Assembly (NCBI GenBank): GCA_913020725.1 | Contig: CAJWCD010000012.1 | Location: 1 to 38,718 of the forward strand | Source: an uncultured Pseudomonadota bacterium | GTDB taxonomy: Bacteria; SAR324; NAC60-12 | Direction of reading: 5' to 3' | DNA: 38,718 nt | Shown here: one piece after another, positions 18,142-27,976 of the stretch | Layout: each line of letters begins with the position of its first letter | Position numbering within the stretch: position 1 is the stretch's first letter | Position numbers and translations under genes: made by a program | Notes under the pieces: model-generated | The model's database searches: none | The model's input: only the letters and a program-made list of their open reading frames with translations | What the model was told of the DNA's origin: nothing

Positions 18142-19464
18142 TTACTTGCCGACAGCGGCCTTCGCCTCTTGCTGGCTTTTGCGCTTGGCCTCGATGAGCC
18201 GCAGTTTGTCCTCAAGGTTCTCGCGCTTCATCATGCAGTTGCGGGCTTTTTCGGAAAGCCCCTGATCCATGTAGAGATGCTCTAGCAAGCTGAGCAGCAG
18301 CACCATCTGCCGCGCTCGCTCCAGTGGTTGCACCCGTGCTTGCTTGAGGGCGGCAAGTCCGAGCAGGGCGTGCTTGGTTGCTAGCTTGGTTTCATCCCGG
18401 TGCGAGAGGTTGAAGGCGATTTGGTACTGGGCGCGGTGTCGGTTTCCAAAACGTGGCCTTGTGCAAGCCTGCATGTAGAGCCAGTTCGCTTGGCGGATCA
18501 GTGAGTTTAGCGTCTTGCGGATAGCCACGGGACTTTTGCCCGTGAGCGGCAGAAGCGGCCGTTCGGGGTAGCGGAAGTTGTAGCGGTGGACGAAGGACTG
18601 GAGCTTGCCCATGTCCTTGATCGTGTCCCGCTCCGGCTCGCCGAGGACAACTTTTGCGTAGAAGTCGATCATGCGCTGCATCACCATCGCTTGCCGGAAC
18701 AGCAATTCACCATGTTGCGCCTGATGCACTTGGGGCTGCAACTCCTGAAGGATGCGGATGAACTCCAGCATCTGGATAAACGCCTCATAGTAGCGGTGCC
18801 CCTGAAGATAGAGCCGGATGATGCGCTCGCGGGAGATGAGGTCTTGGGGATTCTTCTTTTCCACCAGAACCTTGCCCATTTCCCGTTGCACATCTCGCTC
18901 AATGTAAAATGCTGCCCGATTCATGAAGGCCGTTGCCTTGAACACGGTGGTGCAAAGCGCAGCGGAGGTGAGATTCAGCCGGTCTGGGGAAACCTCAATC
19001 GCCATTGATGCGAAATCGAGTGCCTGATAGAGTAGGAAACGCTGACGCTCAAGGTTGCTCTGCTCCATTGCTGCGGCTTCAAGCAGGACACGGCCAATCA
19101 CCTCCAAGCAGTTCGGCCCATGCTCTGGCAGCTTCAGGTAGAGAATCATGGCTTCATGGAGCATCCGGGTCATCTCCACCACCGAAGGGTTTTTGTTCTG
19201 GAGCAGATCCGTGACATGTGCAACCGAGGCGTGTTCGCGGCGGCTGAAGAAGCGGTGCTGGCGCTTGCGGTCCCAGTCCAGCACCTTTTGGGTGATTGGC
19301 TTGCCCTGAGCGTCGAAAGCGAACTCAAAGCAGGTGTTGACTCCGGGGCGTGGAGTGGGCCGAGGCGGCGGAGCGTCCTGCGGCTCTTCCGGAACAGAAG
19401 AGGCAGATGGCTCCCCGGCAATGCGGTCGGCGAGGGACTCGACGTGTTGTTCGAGCAGGGACAT
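18142..19464 (-). CDS. Hypothetical all-helical protein (440 aa)
   Basis: Long ORF with host-like GC-rich codons and an amphipathic helical composition. No family recognised. Confidence 0.75.
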   Translation of the reverse strand: MSLLEQHVESLADRIAGEPSASSVPEEPQDAPPPRPTPRPGVNTCFEFAFDAQGKPITQKVLDWDRKRQHRFFSRREHASVAHVTDLLQNKNPSVVEMTRMLHEAMILYLKLPEHGPNCLEVIGRVLLEAAAMEQSNLERQRFLLYQALDFASMAIEVSPDRLNLTSAALCTTVFKATAFMNRAAFYIERDVQREMGKVLVEKKNPQDLISRERIIRLYLQGHRYYEAFIQMLEFIRILQELQPQVHQAQHGELLFRQAMVMQRMIDFYAKVVLGEPERDTIKDMGKLQSFVHRYNFRYPERPLLPLTGKSPVAIRKTLNSLIRQANWLYMQACTRPRFGNRHRAQYQIAFNLSHRDETKLATKHALLGLAALKQARVQPLERARQMVLLLSLLEHLYMDQGLSEKARNCMMKRENLEDKLRLIEAKRKSQQEAKAAVGK

Positions 19465-19706
19465 GGAAGGCGGCTATAACGGTGCGTGTCTGGGTGGCGC
19501 GTTTCCGGCGAGGGCGTCCCCTCTCCAGAGAAATACATTTTAATGCACCAAGACAAACAAAAACCTGCCAAAAGCATACCATGTGCGGCGGAACTCAAAA
19601 CCACTAGGTGCGGCACAGCCCGTGAATGGGAGTCTAGGCAACGAATGCCCCTTCTGGATTTGCACCCGGCACCGGATGCCGATTTCAATGGAACTGAAGG
19701 AAGCTC

Positions 19707-19904
19707 ATGAATTGGCTGACTGAAACTCTGATCGCCCATCCAGTGTTTTCGCTCCCCATCTTGGGGGTGGCGGTCGCCGTGGTATCGTTTTTGACGTTCC
19801 GGCAACTAGCGCTGGGATTTCGGATGTTTCAGCGCAAACGAGTGCTGCTTCAGGAACTCGTGGGGGCGGTTGTCCGCCCCCGGAAACAGCGTGTTCGGGC
19901 ATGA
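19707..19904 (+). CDS. Small single-TM membrane protein
   Basis: GAAGGAAG RBS, then 65 aa with one hydrophobic helix and a basic tail. Confidence 0.55.
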   Translation: MNWLTETLIAHPVFSLPILGVAVAVVSFLTFRQLALGFRMFQRKRVLLQELVGAVVRPRKQRVRA

Positions 19905-19931
19905 GTTTGCAAAATTAATGATGGAAATGGC

Positions 19932-19960
19932 TTGCCAAAATTTTTCCCAGTCTTTACATT
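19932..19960 (+). promoter_or_regulatory. Sigma70 promoter upstream of the act operon
   Basis: TTGCCA-N17-TACATT preceded by an AT-rich stretch. Confidence 0.5.
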
Positions 19961-20208
19961 GTGGCCGTTAAGTGGGATTCGCTCTGGGGTGCTTTGATGC
20001 GTCCACAGAGTCCGGATTTATGAAAATGGGTCGCATTTTGAGACTCCACATCCTTCTCGTCCTAAAAACTGCTCGACTGTGCAAGTGAACCGGGAAACAC
20101 GGCGACGGGGTTTCGCCATGAGAAAGGTTGGGCTTGCACCAGCAGCGTGACTCCCAAAATCCAGGATTTTCTTGTGAGGCGTTTGAACCTCTCATCGAAC
20201 CAACTGTT

Positions 20209-20964
20209 ATGATCCGTTCTCGATTCAGCCCTCTTGCTCTGCCGTTTCTGGTAGTGGCCACTGTTCTGCTGCTGTGCGTGTCCGTCACGCCGGCTTGGGC
20301 AAACCCCAAGCTGATCGAGCAACCAATCGCGTTCAGCCACAAGCTGCACGTCTCCCAGAATGGGATCGCGTGTCAGTACTGCCACCTCTACGCCCGGCGT
20401 TCGTTTTCCGCAGGCGTTCCTCCGGTCAGCACCTGTGTGGGTTGCCACGGTAGCAACGAGATGAAGATCGTCGCTCCGGACAGCGCCGAGGTGAACAAGA
20501 TGCGCGACTACTGGGCACAGAGCGAGCCGATCCCTTGGGCCAAGATACATGACATTCCGGATTTTGTGCGCTTCCCTCACAAAAAACACATCAATGCAGA
20601 AAGCAGCCGCTTTGTGGATGAAGCTGGACAAGGTTGCGACCTAGACAAGGCGCCACGTTCGCTGGAATGCCGACTCTCCCTGTTCCGAGCTGGAGGCGAC
20701 CAACGTTGTCAGGCCTGCCACGGAGCAATTCCCCAGATGGAGGTGGTTTACAAGGTTGACGACAATTTTGGAAGCATGGGCTGGTGCCTCGAATGCCACC
20801 TCCAAGTTGACGGGGCCGTGGAACGCAAACGGGCCGGAAGCACCTTAGCTGGATGGTTCCATGCTAAAGAGAATGATGCCAAACGCGAAGCCGCCGCGCA
20901 ACTTGTGAGCGACAAGGGGTACCACAACTCCAACCTGAGTGACTGCGTCACTTGCCACTACTGA
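20209..20964 (+). CDS. actA: Alternative complex III pentaheme cytochrome c subunit
   Basis: EQPIAFSHKLH, five CxxCH motifs (CQYCH, CVGCH, CQACH, CLECH, CVTCH), IPWAKIHDIPDFVRFPHKKH and SMGWC. Likely start is the ATG at 20209. Confidence 0.9.
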   Translation: MIRSRFSPLALPFLVVATVLLLCVSVTPAWANPKLIEQPIAFSHKLHVSQNGIACQYCHLYARRSFSAGVPPVSTCVGCHGSNEMKIVAPDSAEVNKMRDYWAQSEPIPWAKIHDIPDFVRFPHKKHINAESSRFVDEAGQGCDLDKAPRSLECRLSLFRAGGDQRCQACHGAIPQMEVVYKVDDNFGSMGWCLECHLQVDGAVERKRAGSTLAGWFHAKENDAKREAAAQLVSDKGYHNSNLSDCVTCHY

Positions 20965-20995
20965 CCAAAACACCCGGAAGTTTTAGGAGATACGC

Positions 20996-23986
20996 ATGAA
21001 AAAAGGGCTGAGTCGGCGAAACCTGTTCAAGTACATGGGACTCGGCGGGGTCACTGCCGTTGCCGCAGGTTGCGAGCAGAAGCCAGAAAAGCTGATCCCC
21101 ATGTTGGTTCCGCCCAATGACTTCGAGTACACCCCGCAGACCGCGTACCAGTACATGACCACCTGCCGCGAGTGCGAAGCGCGTTGCGGTATGATGGTGA
21201 CGGTGCGGGAAAACCGGGCGCAAAAGGCGGAGGGCAATCCGCTGCACCCCCTCAACAACGGGGCGCTGTGCGCACGGGGTCAGGCCTCGATGCAGAACCT
21301 CTACAACCCTGAGCGCGTTGCCCAACCCGGAAGTGGCCGTGGCGATGCTCGTAAATCGGTTTCGTGGGAAGACGCCCTCAAGCAGTTCGTCAACAAGGTT
21401 CGCAGTGCTAACGGCAAAGTCGTGTACCTCGGCAAGCCCACCTCCGGAAGTGAAGGTCGTTTTCTGGACGAGTGGCTGAAGTCTGTGGGTGGGGGCAGTC
21501 GCATCGAGTTCAGCCTGCTGAATCAGAACGCCCAGCGTGAAGCGAACCGCCTCGCCTTTGGTCGCAGCGACCTTCCGGAACTGTACTTTGAGGAAGCGAA
21601 ATTGCTGCTCAACTTCAGCAGTGATTTTCTGGAAACGTGGGGCAACCCTGTCGAGCAGGCACGGCGTTTCACGGACATGCACGCCTACGAGGGCAAGGAT
21701 CGCCACCGCTTCATCCACATCGGCCCACACATTTCGCTGACCGGTGCCAAGGCTGACCGCTGGTTGCAAATCCAACCGGGGTCTGAAGCCCTTGTCGCAC
21801 TTGCGATTGCTTCGGTGATCCGGGCAAAGCAAGGCAGCCACGCTTGGTTGGCATCCTACCTCGGCAATTACAGCCCTGCAAAAGTTGCAGACGCCACCGG
21901 AGTTTCCGCTGAGAAAATCACGGAACTCGCAGAGGATGTGATGGAACACAGCCCCAGTCTCGCGCTGGGGGGCAGCAGCATTGCCGCGACAAAGGACGGA
22001 CTGGCGCTGCACAATGCCGTCAACATCCTCAACACCGTCGCGGGCAACCTCAACAAAACTGTTCGCTTCAACCGTACTTCCGGATCAGTGCCCAGTTCGC
22101 ACGGCGATGTGGTTGCGCTGATCAACGAACTCAACGCTGGCAAGGTCAAGCTGCTCATCGTGGACGACAGCAACCCGGCCTACGCGCTTCCAGCCTCATT
22201 TGGGTTTGCAGCAGCAGCAGAAAAGACGTTTGTCGTCAGCCTCTCCTCGTTGCAGAGCGAGACGGAACACGCTGCCGACCTTGTGCTTCCAGCCCTCACG
22301 GCTTACGAAACGTGGGGCGACGCCACGCCGCGTCCGGGCCTTTACAGCATCCAACAGCCCGTGATGGCTCCGGTCAACACCTTTGACGCCCGCGGGCGCG
22401 AAGATGTGCTGATCGCTACCGCCCAGCAGGTCAACCCGCAGGCGTTTCCTGATTTGGCAAGCTATCTGGATTACCTCCGGAACGCTTGGCAGGACGTGCA
22501 GCAGGCGGTCGGCGATTCCCAAAATTTCGAGAACTTTTGGATTTCGGCCTTGGAGTCCGGAGGCGTGTTCCAGTCCTCGCGTTCGTCTCAGGTCAACCTC
22601 AGGCGGCGAGTCACCCAAGTGCAAACCTCGGCTCCAAACGTTGGCGGTTCCGGATTGGTGTTGTTGCCCTCCCCCTCCCTGTTTATGGGAGACGGAAGTG
22701 GGGCCAACAAGCCGTGGTTGCAGGAAACTCCCAATCCGATCAGCCAGATCGTTTGGGATTCGTGGGTGGAGATCAACCCGGACACGGCCCAGAAGCTGGG
22801 CATCACCGACCGCGAGTTGGTCACGGTCAAGACACCTCAAGGAGAAATTCAGGGCACTGCTTACTTCCACTTTGGCATCCACCGCGATGCCATCGCCATC
22901 CCGCTGGGGCAAGGGCACCAGCACTCCGGGAAGGCCGCAAACGACTACGGTGTCAACGTGCTGGACCTGCTTCCGGCCACACTGGACGCCGCCGGAAGCG
23001 TGGCGTTCGTCAGCACACGGGCCGAGATCACTGGAACCGGAGAGCGCACCTACACCGTCAACACGGACGGCAATGCTCGACAGCTTGGGCGCGACATTGC
23101 GGCTGCGACCACGGAAAAGGAACTGCATAACGGCAAACACCACGAGGCGGGGCACCGTCCGCAGGAGATCGTCGAATTCTACCCGGATCGTGCCGAAACC
23201 GCTGGCTACTACAAGCCCTACCGCTGGGGGATGACGATTGACCTCGACCGCTGCAACGGCTGCTCGGCTTGTGTGGTCGCGTGTTATTCGGAGAACAACC
23301 TTCCGGTGGTGGGCAAGGAGCGCATGGCGCTTGGGCGGGAGATGTCATGGTTGCGCATGGAACGCTACATCGAGGGCTACGGGGATGATTTTGAAACTCG
23401 AATGGTTCCAATGCTCTGCCAACAGTGCGGCAACGCCGGCTGTGAGGTGGTCTGCCCAGTCTATGCGACCTACCACAATCCGGAAGGGATCAACGCGATG
23501 ATCTACAATCGTTGCGTGGGGACTCGTTATTGCTCAAACAACTGCGCGTACAAGGTCCGGCGCTTTAACTGGTTTAACTACGATTTCCCTGCTCCTCTGG
23601 ATCAGCAACTGAACTCGTCCATCACCACCCGCGATGTTGGAGTGATGGAGAAGTGCAACTTCTGCATGGGGCGCATCATGGATGCAAAGTATCAAGCGCA
23701 GGAGCTTGGGCGCGATGTCCAAGACGGCGAGTTGGTGAGCGCATGTCAGCAAACATGCCCGACACAGGCGATCACGTTTGGGAACCTCATGGACCCGGAG
23801 AGCAAAGTCTCGAAACTAGCCATGCGCGACGAGCAAGAAAAGCGAGACCGCCAGTATGAGGTCATGCCCGAACTCAACTACAAGCCTGCCATCACCTACC
23901 TCAAGAAGGTGAACACACGGGAAGTGCAGGGGCTGCACGGCGGGAACAAGGGCAGCGAACACAACGGCGACGAAAGTCACTCATAA
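20996..23986 (+). CDS. actB: Alternative complex III molybdopterin-oxidoreductase-like / Fe-S fusion subunit
   Basis: Tat signal SRRNLFK with AAGC, EGNPLHP, ANKPWLQETP, WGMTIDLDRCNGCSACVVAC, CQQCGNAGC, RCVGTRYCSNNC and MEKCNFC. Confidence 0.92.
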   Translation: MKKGLSRRNLFKYMGLGGVTAVAAGCEQKPEKLIPMLVPPNDFEYTPQTAYQYMTTCRECEARCGMMVTVRENRAQKAEGNPLHPLNNGALCARGQASMQNLYNPERVAQPGSGRGDARKSVSWEDALKQFVNKVRSANGKVVYLGKPTSGSEGRFLDEWLKSVGGGSRIEFSLLNQNAQREANRLAFGRSDLPELYFEEAKLLLNFSSDFLETWGNPVEQARRFTDMHAYEGKDRHRFIHIGPHISLTGAKADRWLQIQPGSEALVALAIASVIRAKQGSHAWLASYLGNYSPAKVADATGVSAEKITELAEDVMEHSPSLALGGSSIAATKDGLALHNAVNILNTVAGNLNKTVRFNRTSGSVPSSHGDVVALINELNAGKVKLLIVDDSNPAYALPASFGFAAAAEKTFVVSLSSLQSETEHAADLVLPALTAYETWGDATPRPGLYSIQQPVMAPVNTFDARGREDVLIATAQQVNPQAFPDLASYLDYLRNAWQDVQQAVGDSQNFENFWISALESGGVFQSSRSSQVNLRRRVTQVQTSAPNVGGSGLVLLPSPSLFMGDGSGANKPWLQETPNPISQIVWDSWVEINPDTAQKLGITDRELVTVKTPQGEIQGTAYFHFGIHRDAIAIPLGQGHQHSGKAANDYGVNVLDLLPATLDAAGSVAFVSTRAEITGTGERTYTVNTDGNARQLGRDIAAATTEKELHNGKHHEAGHRPQEIVEFYPDRAETAGYYKPYRWGMTIDLDRCNGCSACVVACYSENNLPVVGKERMALGREMSWLRMERYIEGYGDDFETRMVPMLCQQCGNAGCEVVCPVYATYHNPEGINAMIYNRCVGTRYCSNNCAYKVRRFNWFNYDFPAPLDQQLNSSITTRDVGVMEKCNFCMGRIMDAKYQAQELGRDVQDGELVSACQQTCPTQAITFGNLMDPESKVSKLAMRDEQEKRDRQYEVMPELNYKPAITYLKKVNTREVQGLHGGNKGSEHNGDESHS

Positions 23987-24027
23987 TCTGACTCCATGAG
24001 ATACCTTAGGCAGAGAGGAGAACCATT

Positions 24028-25488
24028 ATGGGGGTGATCACCTACGACTACAACGCGGCTGAAGGCCGGGTGGTGATTGACGAACACAAGGGACATCCGG
24101 GCATTGAGAGTACGACTTACTCCTATGCCAAGATCAACGATGAGATGTTGGCGATGTTGGAAATACCGCGTCCATCGTACCTGCTGCTGCTGCTCGGTTT
24201 TCTCAGCGCACTGGGGCTAGGCGCGCTCTGCCTCTCGATTCAGGTGGACGTTGGCATCGGTTACAGCGGCATCAGCCATCCCATTGGCTGGGGTTTCTAC
24301 ATCACCAACTTCGTCTTCTGGATTGGAATTGGACACGCTGGAACCCTGATCTCGGCAGTTTTCTATCTCACCCGTGCTCCGTGGCGCACCGCGATTTACC
24401 GGGCCGCAGAGGCTATGACCGTCTTTGGGGTGATGACCGCAGGGCTCTTCCCGCTGCTGCACACCGGACGCCCGTGGTTGGCCTATTGGCTCATTCCCTA
24501 TCCGAACGAGCGGATGCTCTGGGTGAACTTCAAATCACCCCTGCTCTGGGACGTGTTTGCCGTCACCACCTACCTGACGGTTTCGGTGCTGTTCTTCATG
24601 CTCGGGTTAATCCCGGATATGGCGATTCTGCGGGATGAAGCCTTCCGCAAGGGCCAGAAACTCAAGGGGATGCTTTACACGCTGATGGCGCTCAACTGGC
24701 GAGGCACCAACCACCAGTGGGTCCACTACATGCGTGGCTATCTGATTTTCGCCGCCCTTGCCACCCCGCTCGTCTTCTCGGTCCACTCCATCGTGAGTTG
24801 GGACTTTGCGATGTCCTCGGTTCCGGGTTGGCACACCACAATCTTTGCCCCGTATTTCGTTGCTGGCGCGATCTTCTCCGGGCTCGCGATGGTGATGACC
24901 GTGCTGATTCCCGTTCGAGTGGTCTTTGGATTGGAGGGTTACATCACGGATCATGTCATACAAAGTGTCTGCAAAGTGATCCTCTTCACCTCGTTCATCG
25001 TGGGTTATGCCTATGGCACTGAGTTCTTCATCGGCTACTACAGCGGTAGCCCTTACGAGCGAGCGATCTTCTACTACCGGCCTTTCGGGGAGATGCAAAG
25101 TTGGACATTGCTGGGCGACAACCAGATCAACTTTCCACAAATCGCTTTCTGGCTGATGGTCTTCTGTAATGTCATCTCACCCATCCCGCTCTGGCGTTGG
25201 AAGGTGCGTAACAACCTTATTGCAGTCTGGATCATCTGCGTGTTGATCAATGTGGGCATGTGGTTTGAGCGTTTCAACATCGTAGGCAGTTCCCTCCAGC
25301 ATGAGTATGTCCCCGCCGCTTGGGGCGAGTACTGGCCGACTATTGTTGAAACCGGTATCACGATCGGCAGCTTCGGCTTCTTCTTTACGCTCTTCACTCT
25401 CTTCGCCAAGGCACTGCCGCCGATGGCGATCACGGAGTTAAAGGAAAACACTGAACCACCCTTGCAAAATCCACCGAAGGAACACTGA
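24028..25488 (+). CDS. actC: Alternative complex III NrfD/PsrC-type quinol-binding membrane subunit
   Basis: ITNFVFWIGIGHAGTLISA, HTGRPW, NFKSPLLWDVFAV, SVHSIVSWDFA, PYFVAGAIFSG and GMWFERF. Confidence 0.95.
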   Translation: MGVITYDYNAAEGRVVIDEHKGHPGIESTTYSYAKINDEMLAMLEIPRPSYLLLLLGFLSALGLGALCLSIQVDVGIGYSGISHPIGWGFYITNFVFWIGIGHAGTLISAVFYLTRAPWRTAIYRAAEAMTVFGVMTAGLFPLLHTGRPWLAYWLIPYPNERMLWVNFKSPLLWDVFAVTTYLTVSVLFFMLGLIPDMAILRDEAFRKGQKLKGMLYTLMALNWRGTNHQWVHYMRGYLIFAALATPLVFSVHSIVSWDFAMSSVPGWHTTIFAPYFVAGAIFSGLAMVMTVLIPVRVVFGLEGYITDHVIQSVCKVILFTSFIVGYAYGTEFFIGYYSGSPYERAIFYYRPFGEMQSWTLLGDNQINFPQIAFWLMVFCNVISPIPLWRWKVRNNLIAVWIICVLINVGMWFERFNIVGSSLQHEYVPAAWGEYWPTIVETGITIGSFGFFFTLFTLFAKALPPMAITELKENTEPPLQNPPKEH

Positions 25489-26009
25489 TGAGCAGATTCA
25501 CGGGCGTCTGGGGCTCCTTCACCCACTTGGACGCAACCACCGACACCATTGAGCAGGTGCGCGACAAGGGAGTGCAGCCCACCGTGCTTTCTCCGTGCCC
25601 GCGTCATGAGATTGAGCATGCTCTCGGAGATCCGCAGAGTTCCGTTCCTTGGATTGCACTCGTGTGTGGAGCAATGGGGACATTCATCGGCTTTAGCTTT
25701 CCGGCATGGACTGCTTCGGACTGGGTGCTTCCCGTCAGTGGAAAACCGATTGTCGCAATTCCTACATTTGCAATCATCGGTTTCGAACTGACCATCCTGC
25801 TCGCTGCGCTCTCCACCTTGCTTGGACTGAGCTTGCTTGCGGTTTTTGATTCCTTCAAGAACCCCATTCCAACAGCGGCCAAACGCTACCTGCGTTTCCA
25901 GCGCGATCGCTTCGGCGTGGTGGTTCGCTGTGACTCTGCCCAAGCAGAGGAGTTCGCGGAAATCCTCAGGCGCAACGGTGCAGAGGAGGTGCATGTTGAA
26001 AAAGACTGA
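25488..26009 (+). CDS. actD: Alternative complex III subunit D (DUF3341)
   Basis: SPCP, VSGKP, IIGFELTILLAA, DRFGVVV and GAEEV. Located directly after actC. Confidence 0.88.
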   Translation: MSRFTGVWGSFTHLDATTDTIEQVRDKGVQPTVLSPCPRHEIEHALGDPQSSVPWIALVCGAMGTFIGFSFPAWTASDWVLPVSGKPIVAIPTFAIIGFELTILLAALSTLLGLSLLAVFDSFKNPIPTAAKRYLRFQRDRFGVVVRCDSAQAEEFAEILRRNGAEEVHVEKD

Positions 26010-26682
26010 AGGGTTTCGGATGGGGAAGGTCACTTCGTTGCTGGCAGTGCTGCTGCTTGGTAGCGTCACCCTTGCTAGTGCGGCGGATCTCTATCCTTAC
26101 TTTGATCCGCAAAAAGGCGGTTACAACGATGAGGAGGACGACCGACCGTGGTTTGACGGGAAACCCTACCCCTTTTTTCAGGACATGTTCGACGGTAAGG
26201 GGATCAAGCCACAAGAAGAGGGCACCTATCAGCACTTCCCCAGCACTTCCGTGCCCATCCGGATCGTTCTCGGAAAAATCCAGCGCATCTACGATCCGTT
26301 CATTCCGGCGGTGGCGGGAGACGGTTCCGGAGCCAAAGGCCATCCGCGTGAGTATTCACCGCAGAACCCCACCCGTGCTACTCCGGATTCCACCGCCCGC
26401 GGTCGTATGCTCTACAACACCTACTGCGCGGCGTGTCACGGCACGGACGGCTTGGCCAACACGGTCGCAGTCCAGAAGGGCGTGCCCGCCCCCCCGATTG
26501 TGGCGATTGTCAAGATTTCCACAGCACAGTCCCATCTCTACAACAAGATCAAGTACGGCTCTTTCTTCCAAGAACCGAGGGGGTTCATGCCCGCCTTTGG
26601 CGCACAGACCTCCGTGAGAGACCGCTGGGACATGGTCAACTACTTGATAAGTGAAGGATTCGGCAAGGAGATCACGCAATGA
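25993..26682 (+). CDS. actE: Alternative complex III monoheme cytochrome c subunit
   Basis: GAGGAGG RBS before the ATG at 25993, DMFDGKGIKPQE, RGRMLYNTYCAACHG, MPAFG and DRWDMVNY. Confidence 0.88.
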   Translation: MLKKTEGFRMGKVTSLLAVLLLGSVTLASAADLYPYFDPQKGGYNDEEDDRPWFDGKPYPFFQDMFDGKGIKPQEEGTYQHFPSTSVPIRIVLGKIQRIYDPFIPAVAGDGSGAKGHPREYSPQNPTRATPDSTARGRMLYNTYCAACHGTDGLANTVAVQKGVPAPPIVAIVKISTAQSHLYNKIKYGSFFQEPRGFMPAFGAQTSVRDRWDMVNYLISEGFGKEITQ

Positions 26683-27959
26683 CGACCAAGGAGATCGCAG
26701 AACGCTCTCTGTTTGAGATTCCCGCAGGCACCCGCAAGTTTCTCTGGACCCTTGTGGCCTTGGGAGTGGGAATGTTCATCGTCGGTCTGTTGATGGACGG
26801 GGAAAGCCGCCTCCGGGTATGGCAGACGCTGCTCATCAACACCGTCTTTTGGGGGGGGCTTGCTCAGGCCGGGGTGATCTTCGCAGTCATCTGGCAGATC
26901 ACGGACGCCAAGTGGGGGCGGGCCTTTAAGCGGCTCGCAGAAGCCTGTGCTGGATTCCTGCCCGTGTCCTTTGTCATGTTCATCCTCGTCTTCTTCGGAA
27001 GCAACGACCTCTACGAGTGGAGCCACACCCCCTTTCTGCACCACGGGGAGGCGGTCAAGGCGGGCTGGCTGAACCTGCCCTTCTTCATCAGCCGCAACCT
27101 CTTCTGGTTCCTGCTGCTCTACGGAATTTCCTTCTGGTTTGTGAAAACCTCCATCAAACCAGACCTCGCCCTCGCCCGCAAACTGCTTGGTAGCGATTGG
27201 GGCGGCAAGTTCGCCGACCGAATGCTCCAAGACTACGGCGAGCATGAGGACGAGGTGATGCGGCTCGAACGGCTTTCCCGCAAGATCGCCCCGGCGCTTG
27301 CCATGCTCTATGCCATCGGCATCACCTCCATCGCTTGGGATTTCGTGATGTCGCTGGACCAAGAGTGGTTCAGCACGCTCTTCGGCGTCTTTTTCATGAT
27401 CGGCAACATGCACGCCTTCCTCGGGCTCATGCTTGCCATCAGCGTGACCGTCCGGGAACGCTTCGGATTGCACGAGTACATCACAATCAACCGCATCCAC
27501 GACTTGGCGAAGTTGACCTTTGCGTTTTCGTTGCTGTGGGCCTACATGGGCTACTCGCAGTACCTCGTCATCTGGTTCGCTGACCTTCCGGAAGAGACCC
27601 CTTTCCTTGTGATCCGTTCGATGACACAACCGTGGCAGACGCTGTTCATCATCATTTTCTTTTGGGTGTTTGTTTCAGTGTTCCTAGGTTTGCTCCCAAA
27701 GACGCTCTGCCGCACCCCCAACTATGTCAGAGCAATGGGCATTTGGGTGGTTGCTGGACAGTGGTTGTCCATTTACCTGATGGTGGTTCCCTCCTTACAG
27801 CATTTCGGTCACTACCATGTGTACCTTGGTCTGCACGAACTGCTCATCACGCTCGGCTTCCTTGGTGCTTTTTTTCTGAGCTACCTGAGTTTCCTCGGCA
27901 AGCTGCCGTTGCTGCCCATTTCGGACAGGCACCTCTGCAAGTCCTGGCACGGACACTAA
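26679..27959 (+). CDS. actF: Alternative complex III membrane subunit F
   Basis: AKWGRAFKRLAEA, WLNLPFFISR, DFVMSLDQEWFSTLFG, HDLAKL and YSQYLVIWFADLPEE. Confidence 0.92.
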   Translation: MTTKEIAERSLFEIPAGTRKFLWTLVALGVGMFIVGLLMDGESRLRVWQTLLINTVFWGGLAQAGVIFAVIWQITDAKWGRAFKRLAEACAGFLPVSFVMFILVFFGSNDLYEWSHTPFLHHGEAVKAGWLNLPFFISRNLFWFLLLYGISFWFVKTSIKPDLALARKLLGSDWGGKFADRMLQDYGEHEDEVMRLERLSRKIAPALAMLYAIGITSIAWDFVMSLDQEWFSTLFGVFFMIGNMHAFLGLMLAISVTVRERFGLHEYITINRIHDLAKLTFAFSLLWAYMGYSQYLVIWFADLPEETPFLVIRSMTQPWQTLFIIIFFWVFVSVFLGLLPKTLCRTPNYVRAMGIWVVAGQWLSIYLMVVPSLQHFGHYHVYLGLHELLITLGFLGAFFLSYLSFLGKLPLLPISDRHLCKSWHGH

Positions 27960-27976
27960 TCCGCATCTTAGGGAGG

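Noticed and set aside
20996..23986. Selenocysteine in the molybdopterin-like subunit, given selC nearby
   Set aside because: The ORF is uninterrupted with no in-frame TGA. I saw no UGA-readthrough candidate elsewhere in the window.
20948..27629. Long antisense and alternate-frame ORFs over the act operon (e.g. 20948..22012, 22196..23155, 25074..26069, 26640..27629)
   Set aside because: These are typical shadows of GC-rich coding sequence with no motifs.
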